Below are positions 50,258-63,439 of a DNA stretch of 64,000 nt, piece by piece. Position numbers and translations under genes: made by a program. Source of the stretch: Magallana gigas (lineage: Eukaryota); the NCBI RefSeq assembly GCF_963853765.1, contig NC_088853.1, positions 28,892,001 to 28,956,000 on the forward strand, in the 5' to 3' direction. The notes below the pieces were generated by a model. That model ran no database searches. It had not been told where the DNA came from and worked only from the letters and a program-made list of their open reading frames with translations. The first letter of the stretch is position 1. Each line of letters starts with the position of its first letter.

Positions 50258-51249
50258 GTTGGATGTTTCTTATCCTACTTTTTTTATATTGCTTTGTTAA
50301 TTACTCTGATTCCAATTTGTGCATAAAAGACTAAGAGGGTTGGGGGTTGCATATATGTTGCATTTATAAGAGCTCCCTATATAAATATAAAAGTCATGAA
50401 ATTTTAAATTGAAATGAATCTTCACAAAACAATATTTGTCAGATTGAAACATCTTATAATTAAAATTCAGTTGGTTTTGATGGTTATTGTTGACTTCCAG
50501 GATGCTTTTGACAACTGTAATCCTCATACTATTAAATTAAAGATTGTCGGACCCCACATTTATTATGCACACAGATGATTCTATTCAGTATTAAATCTTT
50601 ATCTTAATATTATCCCTTTAAAAATCCGAATTTAATATCGATAAGACTAGCACTGAGTATTTTGAAAATTAAACTTGATAAGAGATGAGAATGACAAGAC
50701 ACGTTTAAGGTTTTCTGTTAAAACATTTATATTCTTCACAATAATATCTTGCTATTGTATATATTATGATGAGAAAAAGACGGGATGGGACAAAGCAAAG
50801 AAACGACGCATCTCAAATGCTTTAGAGCTAAGTTATATGAGGAGGAAATGACTGAACGACAAAAGCCCATTTCCTGATTTTTTTTCTTCAAATTTTACAA
50901 CAAAAATCATTATAAATATTTACCATCGCTAATTTCAAATGGGGCAATTTGCCGCAAACGTGACTTTCCATAATTTAAGTAACTATATTATTGAAACAAG
51001 AAACAAGTTTAATAAATTTTCAAGTTTATATGGGAAACAAAATTGTGTCTACAGACAGACAAGATTATTCAAATATACCCCCATAAACTTCGTTTTTAGG
51101 AACTGAAAGGCCTGCTTAAACTAATGTCAGATAAGCAGCAAATACAGTGGATTTATTAGAATTTGTGGTGGCTCAATTTTCATGGTATTCGTGGTTAGCA
51201 CGAAATGCAGACCGCAGTACTAGAAGCTAGAGCACATTCTAGAGGTTGT

Positions 51250-51860
51250 CCTTCAACACCAAATATACCAGAAGTATAATGAGAATTTTTCCTGTGATGG
51301 TGACAAATTTGCCAAAAAATCTCCTCAGAAAGAGGGGTGTTCAAGATTTTGGCACCAAGGCAGTCATTGCCAGATAACCTTGAAGATTTAAGCATGTGTC
51401 CAGAAGATGAGTTTACACTTTCTTTTCCATTGTTCTAGTACATTGTTTTACATTGGTGAGAAACTTTGTATTTATTGTAATTTCATGTCATGTATTTTGG
51501 AATTTTTATTTTAATTATCACATGTTTATTTCAATTTAGGAGATGAAAATCGTTGCACCTTAGAGAAATTTGCCTCTGGGACATTTAGAGACATGGACAA
51601 TATTCAATTAAATGGAATTGTCATCAATGGAAAACAATTCTCAGTAAAGTGGTAAGGTTATCTCATCATCGATGTTTATTTTTTTTTTCTGTACCCTATA
51701 TGTTATATCATTTGAAATTCTAGACTAGTATATATATTTTGTAGGATAATGACTTGTGGTTGGAAGGCACTTGCCTCACTGAGGGGAATTAATGGTGCTC
51801 AATGCGAATTTTTCTGTATGTGGTGCCACTGCTCCAAAAAGCAGATATGTGATTTCAGTA
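51250..51860 (+). pseudogene. RAG1/Transib-like transposase core remnant (3 exons)
   Basis: NFSCDGDKFAKK (cf. RAG1 KESCDG); DENRCTLEKF..GIVINGKQFSVKW; IMTCGWKALASLRGINGAQCEFFCMWCHCSKKQI. Confidence 0.6.
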
Positions 51861-51901
51861 GTAAGCAACTGTTGTAAATTGATAAAATGATACAAACATT
51901 G

Positions 51902-51981
51902 TAATAAGAACAATAGCAATTCCTGGAAAAATAATGTGACTTAATAAGAACAATAGCAATTCCTGGACAACAAATGTGACT
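51902..51981 (+). repeat. 40-bp tandem duplication
   Basis: TAATAAGAACAATAGCAATTCCTGGA...ATGTGACT twice. Confidence 0.9.
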
Positions 51982-52419
51982 TAATAATGTATTTTGTAGT
52001 CCCATCTTGGTTGATACAGAGATCTAAAGAAGAACAGCAAACTGTTCTAAATTCTGAAAAGAAAACGTTCGTGTACAAAGATAACGATCTCTACTTTCAT
52101 TTTATACCATGATATTCCCCTCGCACGTAAACTGTAAAACAACAAACACATTCAACGTTTTCAGTCTGTCCCGTTTTCGTGCGTCAAACATGGCTGCCTT
52201 TAACAAACACCTGTTTTTCGATATACGAAATACCGAACCCGAAGTTATAAACTAATTGATCCCCATTCGTTCTTTATAATTTTTTTCGTAAATTACTCAA
52301 ATTTGAAACAGAATTAGCCCACGATTTTTACTATTCATAATTTGATTTCCATAAGGATTATTTAGGCTAAATCGCGTTAAATTTTAAGATTTTTAAAAAT
52401 ACACCTCCCTTTTTCTACA

Positions 52420-52645
52420 GTTGGGGGTTTTTTCCCCTTTAAATAAAAATCGATCTTTAATTTCTGCAATCTATATTCCTCTAACCATTAGGATGCTTTG
52501 TGTCAAATTTGGTTGAAATTGACCCAGTAGTTTTAGAAAAAGAAGGTAAAATGTTACAGACGGACGGGCGGACGGACAGACACTCAGACGGACGACCGAG
52601 AAACTAGGAGCAGAAGAGCTTACTTTCAGCTGAGGTGAGCTAAAA
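52420..52645 (+). mobile_element. HINE/Helitron-N 3' portion
   Basis: GTGTCAAATTTGGTTGAAATTGACCCAGTAGTT, an (ACGG/ACAG)n tract, then an AGCT..CAGCTGAGGTGAGCTAAAA end. Confidence 0.65.
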
Positions 52646-53059
52646 CATTTATTCTGAGTTCATTTGGTGCCCTAAAAGAACAACTTTGAAAAAAAAAAAT
52701 ACTTATACATACAGACTTAAGTATACCGTAAACTAACATTATGCCTCTTGTATATAAAACATAATTTTTATTATGCATGCTCAAACATTAAGCTTAATGA
52801 ATTTACACTGTATTTAGATAGTACGGAACACCTGTGATTTTATTGATTTGTTTTTAAAAAAAATACAAATTAATGGTTTACAATTATGTCAAACTTACAT
52901 CTGCTTGCTCAAATTTATCAAATTTTGTTAACGATTTATAAAGATGGGTATGCCTAAGTAAATGCATAATAAAAACCATTGCAGATGTTTTCTAGGTCAA
53001 TTAAGCATAGTTGAATGGGGAAAAATGGTGTTCAAAATCCGTTTTCAAACACAAACGAC

Positions 53060-53308
53060 TTAAAAGGGTAAACGGTATACCGTTCGAATTATCTCTATTG
53101 GATTCTTTCTTCTACTCTTTTCCGAAATTCGGGTTTTAGAATGTAATTTCTTGTGCCCAATTCTTTTACGACTCTTAAGAGCGTCAGAGTTCCATTTCAG
53201 ATTTGTTATTTTATATACTGAGTCGTCTTCCGAATCATTTTTGTACTCTGGTGACATGTAATTGAAAAGAAGAATAGCTTCTACTTGTTTTTGTTCTCCA
53301 GGACCCAT
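53060..53308 (-). pseudogene. Transposon-associated domain fragment (C14orf93-like)
   Basis: YMSPEYKNDSEDDSVYKITNLKWNSDALK, the YMS.E..acidic..V..L.W.S pattern. Confidence 0.35.
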
Positions 53309-54409
53309 TCCATCATTGTTTGGATGTGTTTATAATTTTTCTCTTTCACAGAGTACAACAGTAATATATGTCTGCACCTATAAACAAAGCCAAAACACAA
53401 TCAACTAAACCAAAAGGAAAATAAAAAGCTGAAGAATCCTTATCTCCCCTTGTTCCAGTACAGTCTCAACAACAAATTAGGCGCCTCTCACGATGGTTGC
53501 GAAGGTGGACCTCTCACAATGGTTGCGATGGTGGACCTATGTTATTTTCAATTAAGTCCTATTAATCCTCGAAGTGTACTCATTCATTGCAGATACAAAG
53601 TACATTTACTAATGACAGAAAATCTGGAATCTGCCAAAGGTTGGAGTACCTCAACTTTGGCCATACATTTATGCCTAGTTTAGACAAAATGCATGCTCAA
53701 AAATGTAATGTATCGTGTTCATCATATTGAAAGTGTAAAGTTAACATATCGGGACCATTTCGTTATTTCTTTAGCTACATCACTTGAGTGGATCTAATAT
53801 TCTAAATCACAGTCGTTGTTGTGTCTTTTTCCTATCAAACTGTACAACAATAGGCTAATTTTTGTGCATATTTCTCAAGGAGTTTGATGAAATAAAGTCT
53901 ACAAAATGTACTATACTATATCTTTAAAAGTTGTAGTTTGATTCTCCACATATTGGTTTTTCTCATATAGATTATATAGACGACGATTACATTTACCCAG
54001 TGGATTTTCCCGATATGAAGGTCAAAAGACATTTTTATCGGACACGTGTTTAGTCTTATACATGTATATCGTTTATTTTCCATTAATTTGCACGAGTATT
54101 TTTTATTCCTACTATATAAGAAATCTTAAATACTAACGACTTGATACTTAAATAATTGTTAGCAGACTTGTCAACCCGTGGCATTCCATCTTACAAAGAA
54201 TTTTAAAAAGTTCGGCAGGAGAAGGAGGCAGAACTGAGGCAAACATTCGTTGCAAAATGTAAGAAACTATCGAGAATAAAAGTACGTTAAATGTCTTTTT
54301 TTTTTTTACATTTTCTTATGCATATATTTATCTTATTGTTCACATAATGATTTTGTTATTATATTATCAATGCAACATCTTTTAATTAATTACATAAATG
54401 TTGCAGTAA

Positions 54410-54700
54410 TTTTGTATGATCTGCATGAATCAAAATACGTCAGAGGAAGTCTTCTGCCTCTTGAAATCTTCCCTTCAAGTACTGACAGAAATGTTTTAGG
54501 TATGTCATCCAAAAAACATCAGATGAACGATAAATCGCTTCCACTCTATGAGTATGTTCTTCTGTACAAGGATGGGTCAAGGGCAAAGACGCTTCCAGGG
54601 ACCACGAATATTTTTTTCAGTTCGAGGATACAAGGAACTCCTCGGTAAACCATTAAATTCTTTGCAATTATTCGTATGTTCGAAGGACAAATATGATTCA
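54410..54700 (+). pseudogene. N-terminal fragment of TE-borne G2E3-like (HECT-associated) proteins
   Basis: VRGSLLPLEIF..YEYVLLYKDGSRAKTLPGTTNIFF/VRGYKELLGKP. Confidence 0.45.
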
Positions 54701-55261
54701 AGTAAGTAATCAAAGTCATAATATTTTTTCTGTTTAAAACAATGCATAACATACTATTATAAAATATAAATTTTCTTTAATTATTTATTTGGATTTCATC
54801 AGTTTTGACCAACAGCCGTGATTTAGATGATCTTCCTGATCTACATCTAAACACTGGTTAACTGGTTGTTTTGCTATTTCAATTTATAATGAACATATAT
54901 CTTTATCTTTTATCCTTTTTTTTCAATTGATTTTTGCTAATTTAATTAGGAGGGTGATGCTTCATGGGAAACGCTGGGTACACCAAAACGTTTTCAAATA
55001 AAGAAACCACGTAACAATACAGAGACTATGAAGCCTGTGTGTACCACTTCAACGACAACAGACAGGAATCTAATGTGTTAAATATCCGGATAGTCCCCCA
55101 TTGATTTTTTACACAATAGCCCAAATGTTAACCCCTTCTAATTGTTCCTCCCTACCCCCTTATCCGGTTAATGCCCCATTGTTTATGATAATTATTGTTA
55201 TATGATTATTTTATGGTGTTTACTGATTGTGATTGCGCAAGAACTGTACAGGCAGTTGATG

Positions 55262-55478
55262 GAACTAGAACTGTCCTAATGGGACTAATACCCCCGCTAG
55301 GCTAATTTCAAATGGGACAAATAATTGAATTGAATAATAATTAAGGTTTGGAACACATATAAAAAAAAAATTTTTAGAAATGTAAAAAAAAAATAAAATA
55401 GTTAACAAAGAAAAATTAAAATCAAAATTGTCAGAATTTCACTGTAAATACATATCTATAACAGTAATACATTTACAA
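55262..55478 (-). repeat. Inverted copy of the 14401-14598 repeat
   Basis: Direct comparison by eye. Confidence 0.85.
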
Positions 55479-56339
55479 ATGTATGTATTTGATGATATAT
55501 TTTTTTAATTTAATTGATTTAAAGAAAAACCAACAAAATGACAATAACCCCTCCCTTTGCAGTGAATAGAAATACCGGTAGCCAAGCAATGCTCTTCTGT
55601 TGATAAAACTTTCAATATCTTTCTAATAAGAGTCTTGACAGATGCAATTAGTTGTTTCAAATTTTCCTCACTTTCTCCTATGGCACAATTGAACTCCATA
55701 TCAGAAAATTGATCCCATAGGACTATGATTTTCTTTGATGAGCTTGTTAAATTTAATAAACTCCCAAAACATTACCATAATTACCATACTATGTAAAAAT
55801 ATGTAAAAAAGAAAATTTAATATTACAAACAATTTTAAAATTGCCAAAACACTACAATCATATCAGTTATTTTGAATTTCATTTAAATTAATGCCCAATA
55901 GGGTCACTTCATCAATTTACTTGACATATAAATTTAAACAACCTCTAATAATAGTTTAACTTCTTTATTAATAATGATATTATTTATTTCCTTATAATGA
56001 TATAAATTTTGGCTCCCTTGGGACAAATGAAATCAGTCACACTTGTCTTTGATGTTCTTATTAGCTCCTAAGAATTTATCATTGACAAACAAAAACTTTG
56101 CATTGTCAGTTGATAGAATACTTATAAAAAATATTTTTTTTTTTATTAATTAAGACATAAAGACAAAAAACTCCACCTGGATGTATTTATATAAATATAT
56201 TTTAGAGTGTTTTCTATTAATTAATTAATAAAATCTGTAAGGATTACATCCCTTACTTTTCAACATTAGTGTACAATATATAGAATAAGGAAAATGAAAA
56301 CTGTCATAAAATCATTAAATCTTGTCTGATCTTAAAAAA

Positions 56340-56446
56340 AATTGCAGGTGCAAATCTTCAGATGGTTTTCAACATATGTACAAATTTTCAAACTGTTCCA
56401 TGCAGTAATAAAAAATTCTATAGGGGGGACAAAGTTGCGTCTACAG

Positions 56447-56481
<35 letters not shown>

Positions 56482-56540
56482 GACAGACGGACAGGGTGAA
56501 ACCAATATACCCCCCTAAACTTCGTTTGCGGGGGTATAAT
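56340..56540 (+). mobile_element. HINE/pearl-like element 3' part
   Basis: (ACAG/ACGG)n at 56444-56495, then TATACCCCCCTAAACTTCGTTTGCGGGGGTATAA. Confidence 0.8.
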
Positions 56541-59399
56541 TACCTATTACCTATACTTGTGATCAGACGTCGAAAGTATTAAATAAAACGGGACAAGTAC
56601 ACACAAACTGTGTTCGTTTCTTGCTAAGGTACTTTTCTATTTATACGTCAAATTGACTTCTTTTTATACACTGTTGAAGTCTTTAAGTAAATCAATAAAA
56701 CATAATTCATGTATTAATTTAACGCTGCATTGTGCAGCCTTAAAGTTTACAGTAACTTTATACATACGTCGTTTCCGAATAGACAAAAATGTAGCGCGCA
56801 TCAATTTTCTTTACCGCTTTGAAAGTATAAAACTTTCAAAACAATATAAAACAATATTTTATTGTTTAACATTGTATAAAAAACAAAATTGTTGTTGTAA
56901 GTGTATTTCTAGATGAATTTTCGTTTTGCAAAACCACTCGGAAATTTATTCTCGAATCTGATTGGCAACAGGATGCAGGATAGGATATAATTTGACTTCA
57001 GTGTTTCTATCATGTATCCTGAATCCTGTATCCTATCCAACCTACATTGGACAAATTATAACTGATAGAGACAATCCTCCTACCAAGAAGTGCAGATGAC
57101 CAAATGAGTACAAACAACCCCATGCTCGGAAGCTGCAACACACACTTCGCCACTCGGTCAACTACCGATTCAGTAGAAATACCTGTAACAGTAATGAGAC
57201 AAACGCCCAAAATCCGAAGCTATCCAGAGGGGTTATTTTATGTCCAACCAAAAGAGTATAACCTTCGCAAACTTTGAACCGCATGCATATTTAGCCGTAC
57301 ATAGGATTAACCATAACCAAGGGACGTCGAAAGGCAACTTTCGAAAGCAAACATTTGATGAAGACGTTATTCCTATATCCGTGGCAAAAACTTATTAGTA
57401 TATATAGTCAAACAAACAGTACCACTACGCTAAATAAATGCTAATATATCAATGAATTATTCCTTAACAGTATGAATAACCATTTATTTTACATTTTTCT
57501 AGCTTTAGTGTACCATGTCCCTCAATTCATAGGAAGATTTAAGTACCTTCACGATATTGGAGTAGCGCAGGTTGAGGAAAAAATGTTGACCGTCGACAAG
57601 GTCATTTCGGAATGGCAGGGAATGTAAATCTTAAAGCACGAAAAATACCTTAACTCTGTGAAGAAAATGTCTTTGATCCTTCTAAAATCTTCTTTCTGAA
57701 TTTTAAAGATATTTCATCTTTTAGTTCCATATGTAATTTGATATGAAAAATTATATTTCAGGCAAATTGACGTTACCTTTTGGTATTTTCAAGATTCCTG
57801 AACGCGAGAACGGAATGTTGCGGGTAGGTTTAGAAGGAAAGAATAGGAATATAGAAAAAGGCGTCCTTAACAAAATAAGAATGAAGAACTAAATGAGAGT
57901 TCAGTCTTAACTTTATCTTTCTTGCAAAATCATCAGTGACGATGTTTCTACGATACCTTTGTGAAGGTCACATGTATCCACGCTGGTCCAGGAACACTCA
58001 CCTTGCATACATTAAAGAAATTCGTTGTAATGGTGGTACATTTCGTTATTATTCACCTTTACGGGACTCTAAATTTGTTTAATCCGAATTCGTTATAACC
58101 GTACAATTTTGCTAAGATTTGTTAAGAATTTTACCGGGGACTCGAACAAACTTTGCTATATCTAAGAATTCGCTATATACGTAAAATAAGCTTAATTAAA
58201 TCAAACCTACTTCGAGAAATTCGTTTGATATTTAAATACTATACGCAACAAAAACATTTTACATACTTAGAGCATTACTTTTTTGACTGAAATAGTTTTA
58301 CACAGAGTTATTTTTTTAATTTACAGGAGAAATAACGCCACACATTTTGAGGCACTCAACAGACACTGAGAAGCTTTCGAATCCGGAGGAGAATCTATCA
58401 CAGCAACCTCTGCAGGAAGAAGTGGATGCAATTTACGAATTGATTAATTGCATCCAGGCAGATTTGACTCAAACCATTTTCTTAATCACATATGTCAAAA
58501 TCTATGTGAGAAAAAACTGTAAACGAAGAATACCACTCCAAACTTTGACTAAGCGATAAGGGCTACTGGAATGGAATTTTGGAAAGCAGTGTAACTCATT
58601 TTGAATAAATATTATTGGAGAATGTGTCCAACATAATTTTTTATTAGGAGCCGCGGGAGAGCACAGGGCTGATCACGTCATCTGTAAGTTTTAGGTCGTG
58701 TTCTTTTATGACAAAGTTCTGAAAGGAACTTTCAATATATTTTTAATTTAGATTAAAGAAATAATTCTGGAATTTGTTTCAAATTCTAAAATATTGAAGA
58801 TATATCCTTATTTGGTTACCGTAAAAAATAAATATTAATGGCTTTAAAATGAAAATAGTCTATCCATGAAGTAAACGTGAGAATACTCAAAAGTTTGCTA
58901 TTTGAATAAAAAAGTATCATCTCCATAGGAATGTCTATCTTTTTTTTTACCTTAAGAGTCAAGATATTTTCTACTTTTCTCTATAATTTTTTATTACTGA
59001 CTTCTGTTGACAAATAAATGTGCCGATTCAATTTATTTTAACACGAATTTACTACACGTCCATTAATACAATGAACTGTTGGCCTAAAGACGCATTTTGT
59101 GTCATTATGTATAAGTAATCTCTTTTTAATTGTTGAAAATTTGGGAGTTCTCTGTTTACAGGATCAATTGATACATCAGATTTTCCATTATCGTTTTGAA
59201 CCCTAATGTTATGGGGTGGGGGGGGGGGGATGGGGTGGGGGGGGGGTGGGGTGTCACAATTCTCCTTCACCACCAAGTCACGTGGGTATAACGTGAGATA
59301 TGCAAGCCTTCTCCCAGATCAGTTGCGCGTTTATTCCCAGATTAAGTAGAAGTGAAACTTTTAAAAGAACGATTATTTTCAATATTTGGAAATTTAACA

Positions 59400-59780
59400 A
59401 TGTCGTTGTTGGAAAAGTTATCTGATGAATTTGGACTTCGTGACGTGGATAATTCGGATGTCAGTTTAATTCAAGAAGAGACTTGTATGACAATAGCTTA
59501 GAGAATTCTCCTACCGCCAAGCTGTTTAGGATATTCTTCTTTTCCTGCAATAAAGCTGCTCAGGAGAATCTTCATCTGCTTGTCTACGAGATTTCGATGA
59601 TGAGACTGAAGGACAACCACCGAAATAAAAATTTAAAAAATTCTACAGAATCTTCTGGTTTGTCTATAACTAAGGGAAAAAGTCCTAACGCTGCAGATGA
59701 TTACATTCTGGAGAAACTGTCCAAACAATTTGATGGTAAGGATAAGTACGGCCAACCAGTGAAAGAACAATCAAATTTTT
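59400..59780 (+). pseudogene. DIRS ORF1-like fragment
   Basis: DDYILEKLSKQFDGKDKYGQPVKEQ resembles the DIRS ORF1 mid region. Confidence 0.35.
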
Positions 59781-60049
59781 TAAAAGGAATGTTATTTTTT
59801 ATTTACCTAAATAGATTGTTTTAAATACAAGTGACTGGTTGAATATTCATTTGACTGCGGAAATCACTGCGGTCCGTTCAATAGACCTAAATTTAAACGA
59901 CCTAGCGGCTAGGCTAGCTGCTACGATCTTGAACGCAGCCCAGATGTTTAAGGTGGCATAACACATCTTCACAAAATGGCTGACCGCTGATCAAAACGAC
60001 ATTTCGTTTTACTAAAAGGATTTTATGGACTAAAACATGTACCTTTCTC

Positions 60050-60115
60050 CATAGCCGAGTGGATAAAGTGACGGACTTGTGATCCGTACATCCCGAGTTC
60101 GAATCCCGCAGTCGC
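60050..60115 (+). mobile_element. tRNA-derived (Thr-UGU-like) sequence embedded in a repeat
   Basis: TAGCCGAGTGG A box, CGGA-CTTGTGA-TCCG anticodon arm, GAGTTCGAATCCC B box; no acceptor stem. Confidence 0.6.
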
Positions 60116-62006
60116 TTTTGTTGTCACTTACTGGAATAATTGTTTTAGATATTCATTTTTTATCCCCAAACTGCAATTGTTTCGCTTATTTGACATTTGT
60201 ACAGTTTATTTATCATTATATCTTTCATTATTAAAAAAAAATCCTGTTAATTTGAGGGACTTTTTCTAGTAGTGTTTTTCAACCTTAAATCTTTGCCTTG
60301 ATTTAAAATACCACATACACAGTGTAATCTACCATTTGTCAATAATTGAATTGTTTTCCCTATCTTCTTTTTCATTTTAAGCATAATAAACCGTTCCCAA
60401 CATTTGCAGTACGTGACTTTTCGATTTAAAAAGTTTCGACCAATCGATAAACGGGGCGCGTCTATTATAGAGCTGTAAGTAACTATAAATCATATTCGGT
60501 AAATTTAAATAAAAAGCTCATAAAGTTAGTATATATATTTATAATATACTTACAACAAAAGTCAAATCATTACATCATACAGCAAAAACAAAATAACAAA
60601 GATTTCACTCATGTCCAAAATGCACACCATTAACTGCAAGCTGCCATTCTATAGACTACATATGTTATTATCAAACTATTTTGTAATAATAGAACAAATC
60701 TTGTTAATGTTAATATATTTTTTCCTTAATTAAGGCTGCTCAAAACAATGTAACTACCACGCTTATCTACTTTTAAACTCTGACGTATATAAACAGGCGC
60801 GCGGTTTTCCCGCCGTTCGAGTAGCAGGGTCACACTGACCGTCAACTCGACAAAAGAGACTCCTCAGCTCTTCATTATTTTCAACTCGTGTGCTTTAACT
60901 CTGTTTTCTCGCACCAAAATAAGTATACGTCCGAGAAAGTGTAAGTAATGAAACACATGTTCTTCTATGTCAAAACGTTAAACGTCTACCGCTGAGCTGA
61001 GCTCATTTGCATAAGAGCGATAACACCGCGGGTATCTTGAAGTTTCATAATCATAGCAATATCTTTTTCAGTCATTAAAAATGTTCCAGTTCTGGAGATA
61101 TACACTTGATATGTTTTATACAATTAATTGATTGCAAAAATGATGTACCTTTAGTATAGGAAATGTGTTAACAATGAAGAAATTCTTGGAAGTGAACCCG
61201 AAATAGTTTAAGAACGACTGAACATTGTAATCCGCATATAAATGTTGTTAGATCGTACATTAAGTGTTTCTTATTCACACATTAAGTCAACTTTAAAGCT
61301 GAACACCGATCGGAAATAGGAAAGAGAGAAATAAGGCGGACAAGGACTATTTAGAAGCGATCAGCTTTAAATTCAGATTTACTACACAATATTAGTATAT
61401 TTTAACACGAATTACATATACCTCGAATAAATAAAACTCTAACCCGAAAAAAATATTTGAATGTGCTAACATGATTCCCTGTGTCTTTGCAAAGCTAAAT
61501 CGTAAATCAAATGTATACGCATTTTCTTATCAATCAAATATAATTTAATGACACTGCCAGCATTTTTATGATAACAGTCAGTTAGTCTGGTTTATATTTA
61601 TTAACCACTGCATTTATGAATGCAGGGAAACGCGCGGATCCTGATATATATGCACATTGTATTGCTTGAGGTGAGTGATGAATGGGCAAGTCGCTACAAC
61701 AAGTTCAACAGGCTAATTGTAAAATAGAAACATTGCATACGTATATTTATTTCTTTTAACATTATAGCTCTGACAGTAATATCTTAAACACCGATCGTGG
61801 TCGGCCAGTTTTCCGTGGGTTAAAACACCATCTGGGCAGTTTAGGTGATTCACTACACCTTGAGATATTGTCTCAAATCAGCAGAAAATTACTTGATTAT
61901 GATAGAAAGTATGATGGATAAGAAGTATATATGTCAAATAGGCGAACACATTTGCAATTTTTGGATAAAAAATTACATTTTCAAAAATATCATATTGTAT
62001 TATCAT

Positions 62007-62073
62007 AAGCCCAGGCGGATTCGAAGGCATGATCTGCGGTTCACAAGCCTGATACTTTAACCACTGAGCCATG
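62007..62073 (-). mobile_element. tRNA-derived (Thr-UGU-like) sequence
   Basis: Reverse strand reads TGGCTCAGTGG..CTTGTGA..TTCGAATCC. Confidence 0.55.
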
Positions 62074-62132
62074 ATGTTATACATCTGAATCGATTGACAC
62101 AAACAGTTGAAAAAATACTTAAAAGGCCATCT

Positions 62133-62420
62133 TCCCAGTTACCACAGAAACGTTATTAAAACGTTATGTAAACGCTTTTTAATGTTACGAAAAGATATTA
62201 TATAACGTTAAATTTAAGTGAATTTGTACGGTTTTTTAACGTAATTACAACGTTATAAAAAATGTTTTAAATCCTTAAAATAACATAAATACAAACATTT
62301 TGGAAAACGTTTTTTAAAATGTCGGTGAAACATTTTCATAAAATGTTATGTAAAGGACATATTGTATGGTTTTTAAACGTTATTATATCGTTTCCTTGAA
62401 ACTTTTTTACTGAACTTTTT
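62133..62420. repeat. AACGTT-motif MITE remnant
   Basis: CCCAGTTACCACAG start followed by repeated AACGTT(A/T)T. Confidence 0.5.
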
Positions 62421-62829
62421 TTTTACAAAACACTGTTGGTCAAATTCTCCAAGATATTCTAGGAATAAAATATAGAAAACAAATCATGTAAAAGAAATAA
62501 CAAAAGTTGTTTAATTGACATATCCAACGTTGCACAGCATTACATAATAAACACAAAAAATGATTTGCAATTTTTTTTTTACTTCATCTGAACGTTGTGT
62601 CCTTCTTATGAGGTTTAGGGGACATGCTTTTACTAACTGTTAATTAATGTATATATCAAAAAATGTCTAAAAACAAGTGATCCGTGAGCCTATGCTTACT
62701 ACATGTAGCAGTGCTCCTGCTTTTGTGTAAATACACAGAAATTCAAAGTCAATTGGAGTCAGATTTGTTTGAAAATAAATTCCACTGTAAGGCATGTCTA
62801 GAATGAAAATTTTGTCGAAAATTTAAGTC

Positions 62830-63042
62830 TAAAAACTAACAGTCATAATTCGACAGGAAATTAAAACCAATATGGCAGACCTTACTAAACAATGTGTCAA
62901 AATCTCAAAAGTCTTTGATTAATAGTTGCTGAGAAAAATGCGACAGAAAATTTGTTACAGACAGAATGACACAAACACACGGACAAACAGACAGACAGAC
63001 AGGGGTGAAATACCCCCTCTCCTTCAGAGTGGGGGTATTATA
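62830..63042 (+). mobile_element. HINE/pearl-like element 3' part
   Basis: (ACAG)n then TACCCCCTCTCCTTCAGAGTGGGGGTA stem-loop. Confidence 0.7.
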
Positions 63043-63439
63043 AATGTATATGAAAAAAGACCCAAGAGAATCTAAACTGATTCATGGTACATGTAATATG
63101 CATGATGGTGATCTACATTATATGCAACATTTTAAAAAATACGTTTCAAAACTGCACACTAACTGCATGCAAATAAAATGGTCGACATATTTTGTTTTAA
63201 AAAAAAGTCTAACAATCACACAAGAAGTAAACTTGTTGAGTAGGGTATAATGCCATAATAATGTTCAGTTATTCTCAATCCGATTCCTCCAGAAAATCAT
63301 CTACTCTTGGTCGTCTGTCTCCTTTTTTCTGCAATACATTCATTAAATACCATTAGTGGTCATACAATAGGCACATCAGTTATATTTACATCTACCAAGT
63401 ATTATTCACTCTATTTCTTATGGAAACTTAATAGTTAAT

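Noticed and set aside
50297-50527. YIYIGSS as a GIY-YIG nuclease motif
   Set aside because: No preceding GIY/CC motif and no downstream R/E/N residues in plausible positions.
58328-58559. EITPHILRHS resembling a tyrosine-recombinase H-x-LRH box, or a non-LTR RT motif in another frame
   Set aside because: There is no upstream Arg box or downstream GH..Y box. The alternatives conflict and are too short to support.
2645-63250. Most short 60-110-aa ORFs in the supplied track
   Set aside because: Many use non-ATG starts, have AT-driven F/I/L/K/N-rich composition, lack motifs, or are antisense to recognised TE frames or microsatellites.
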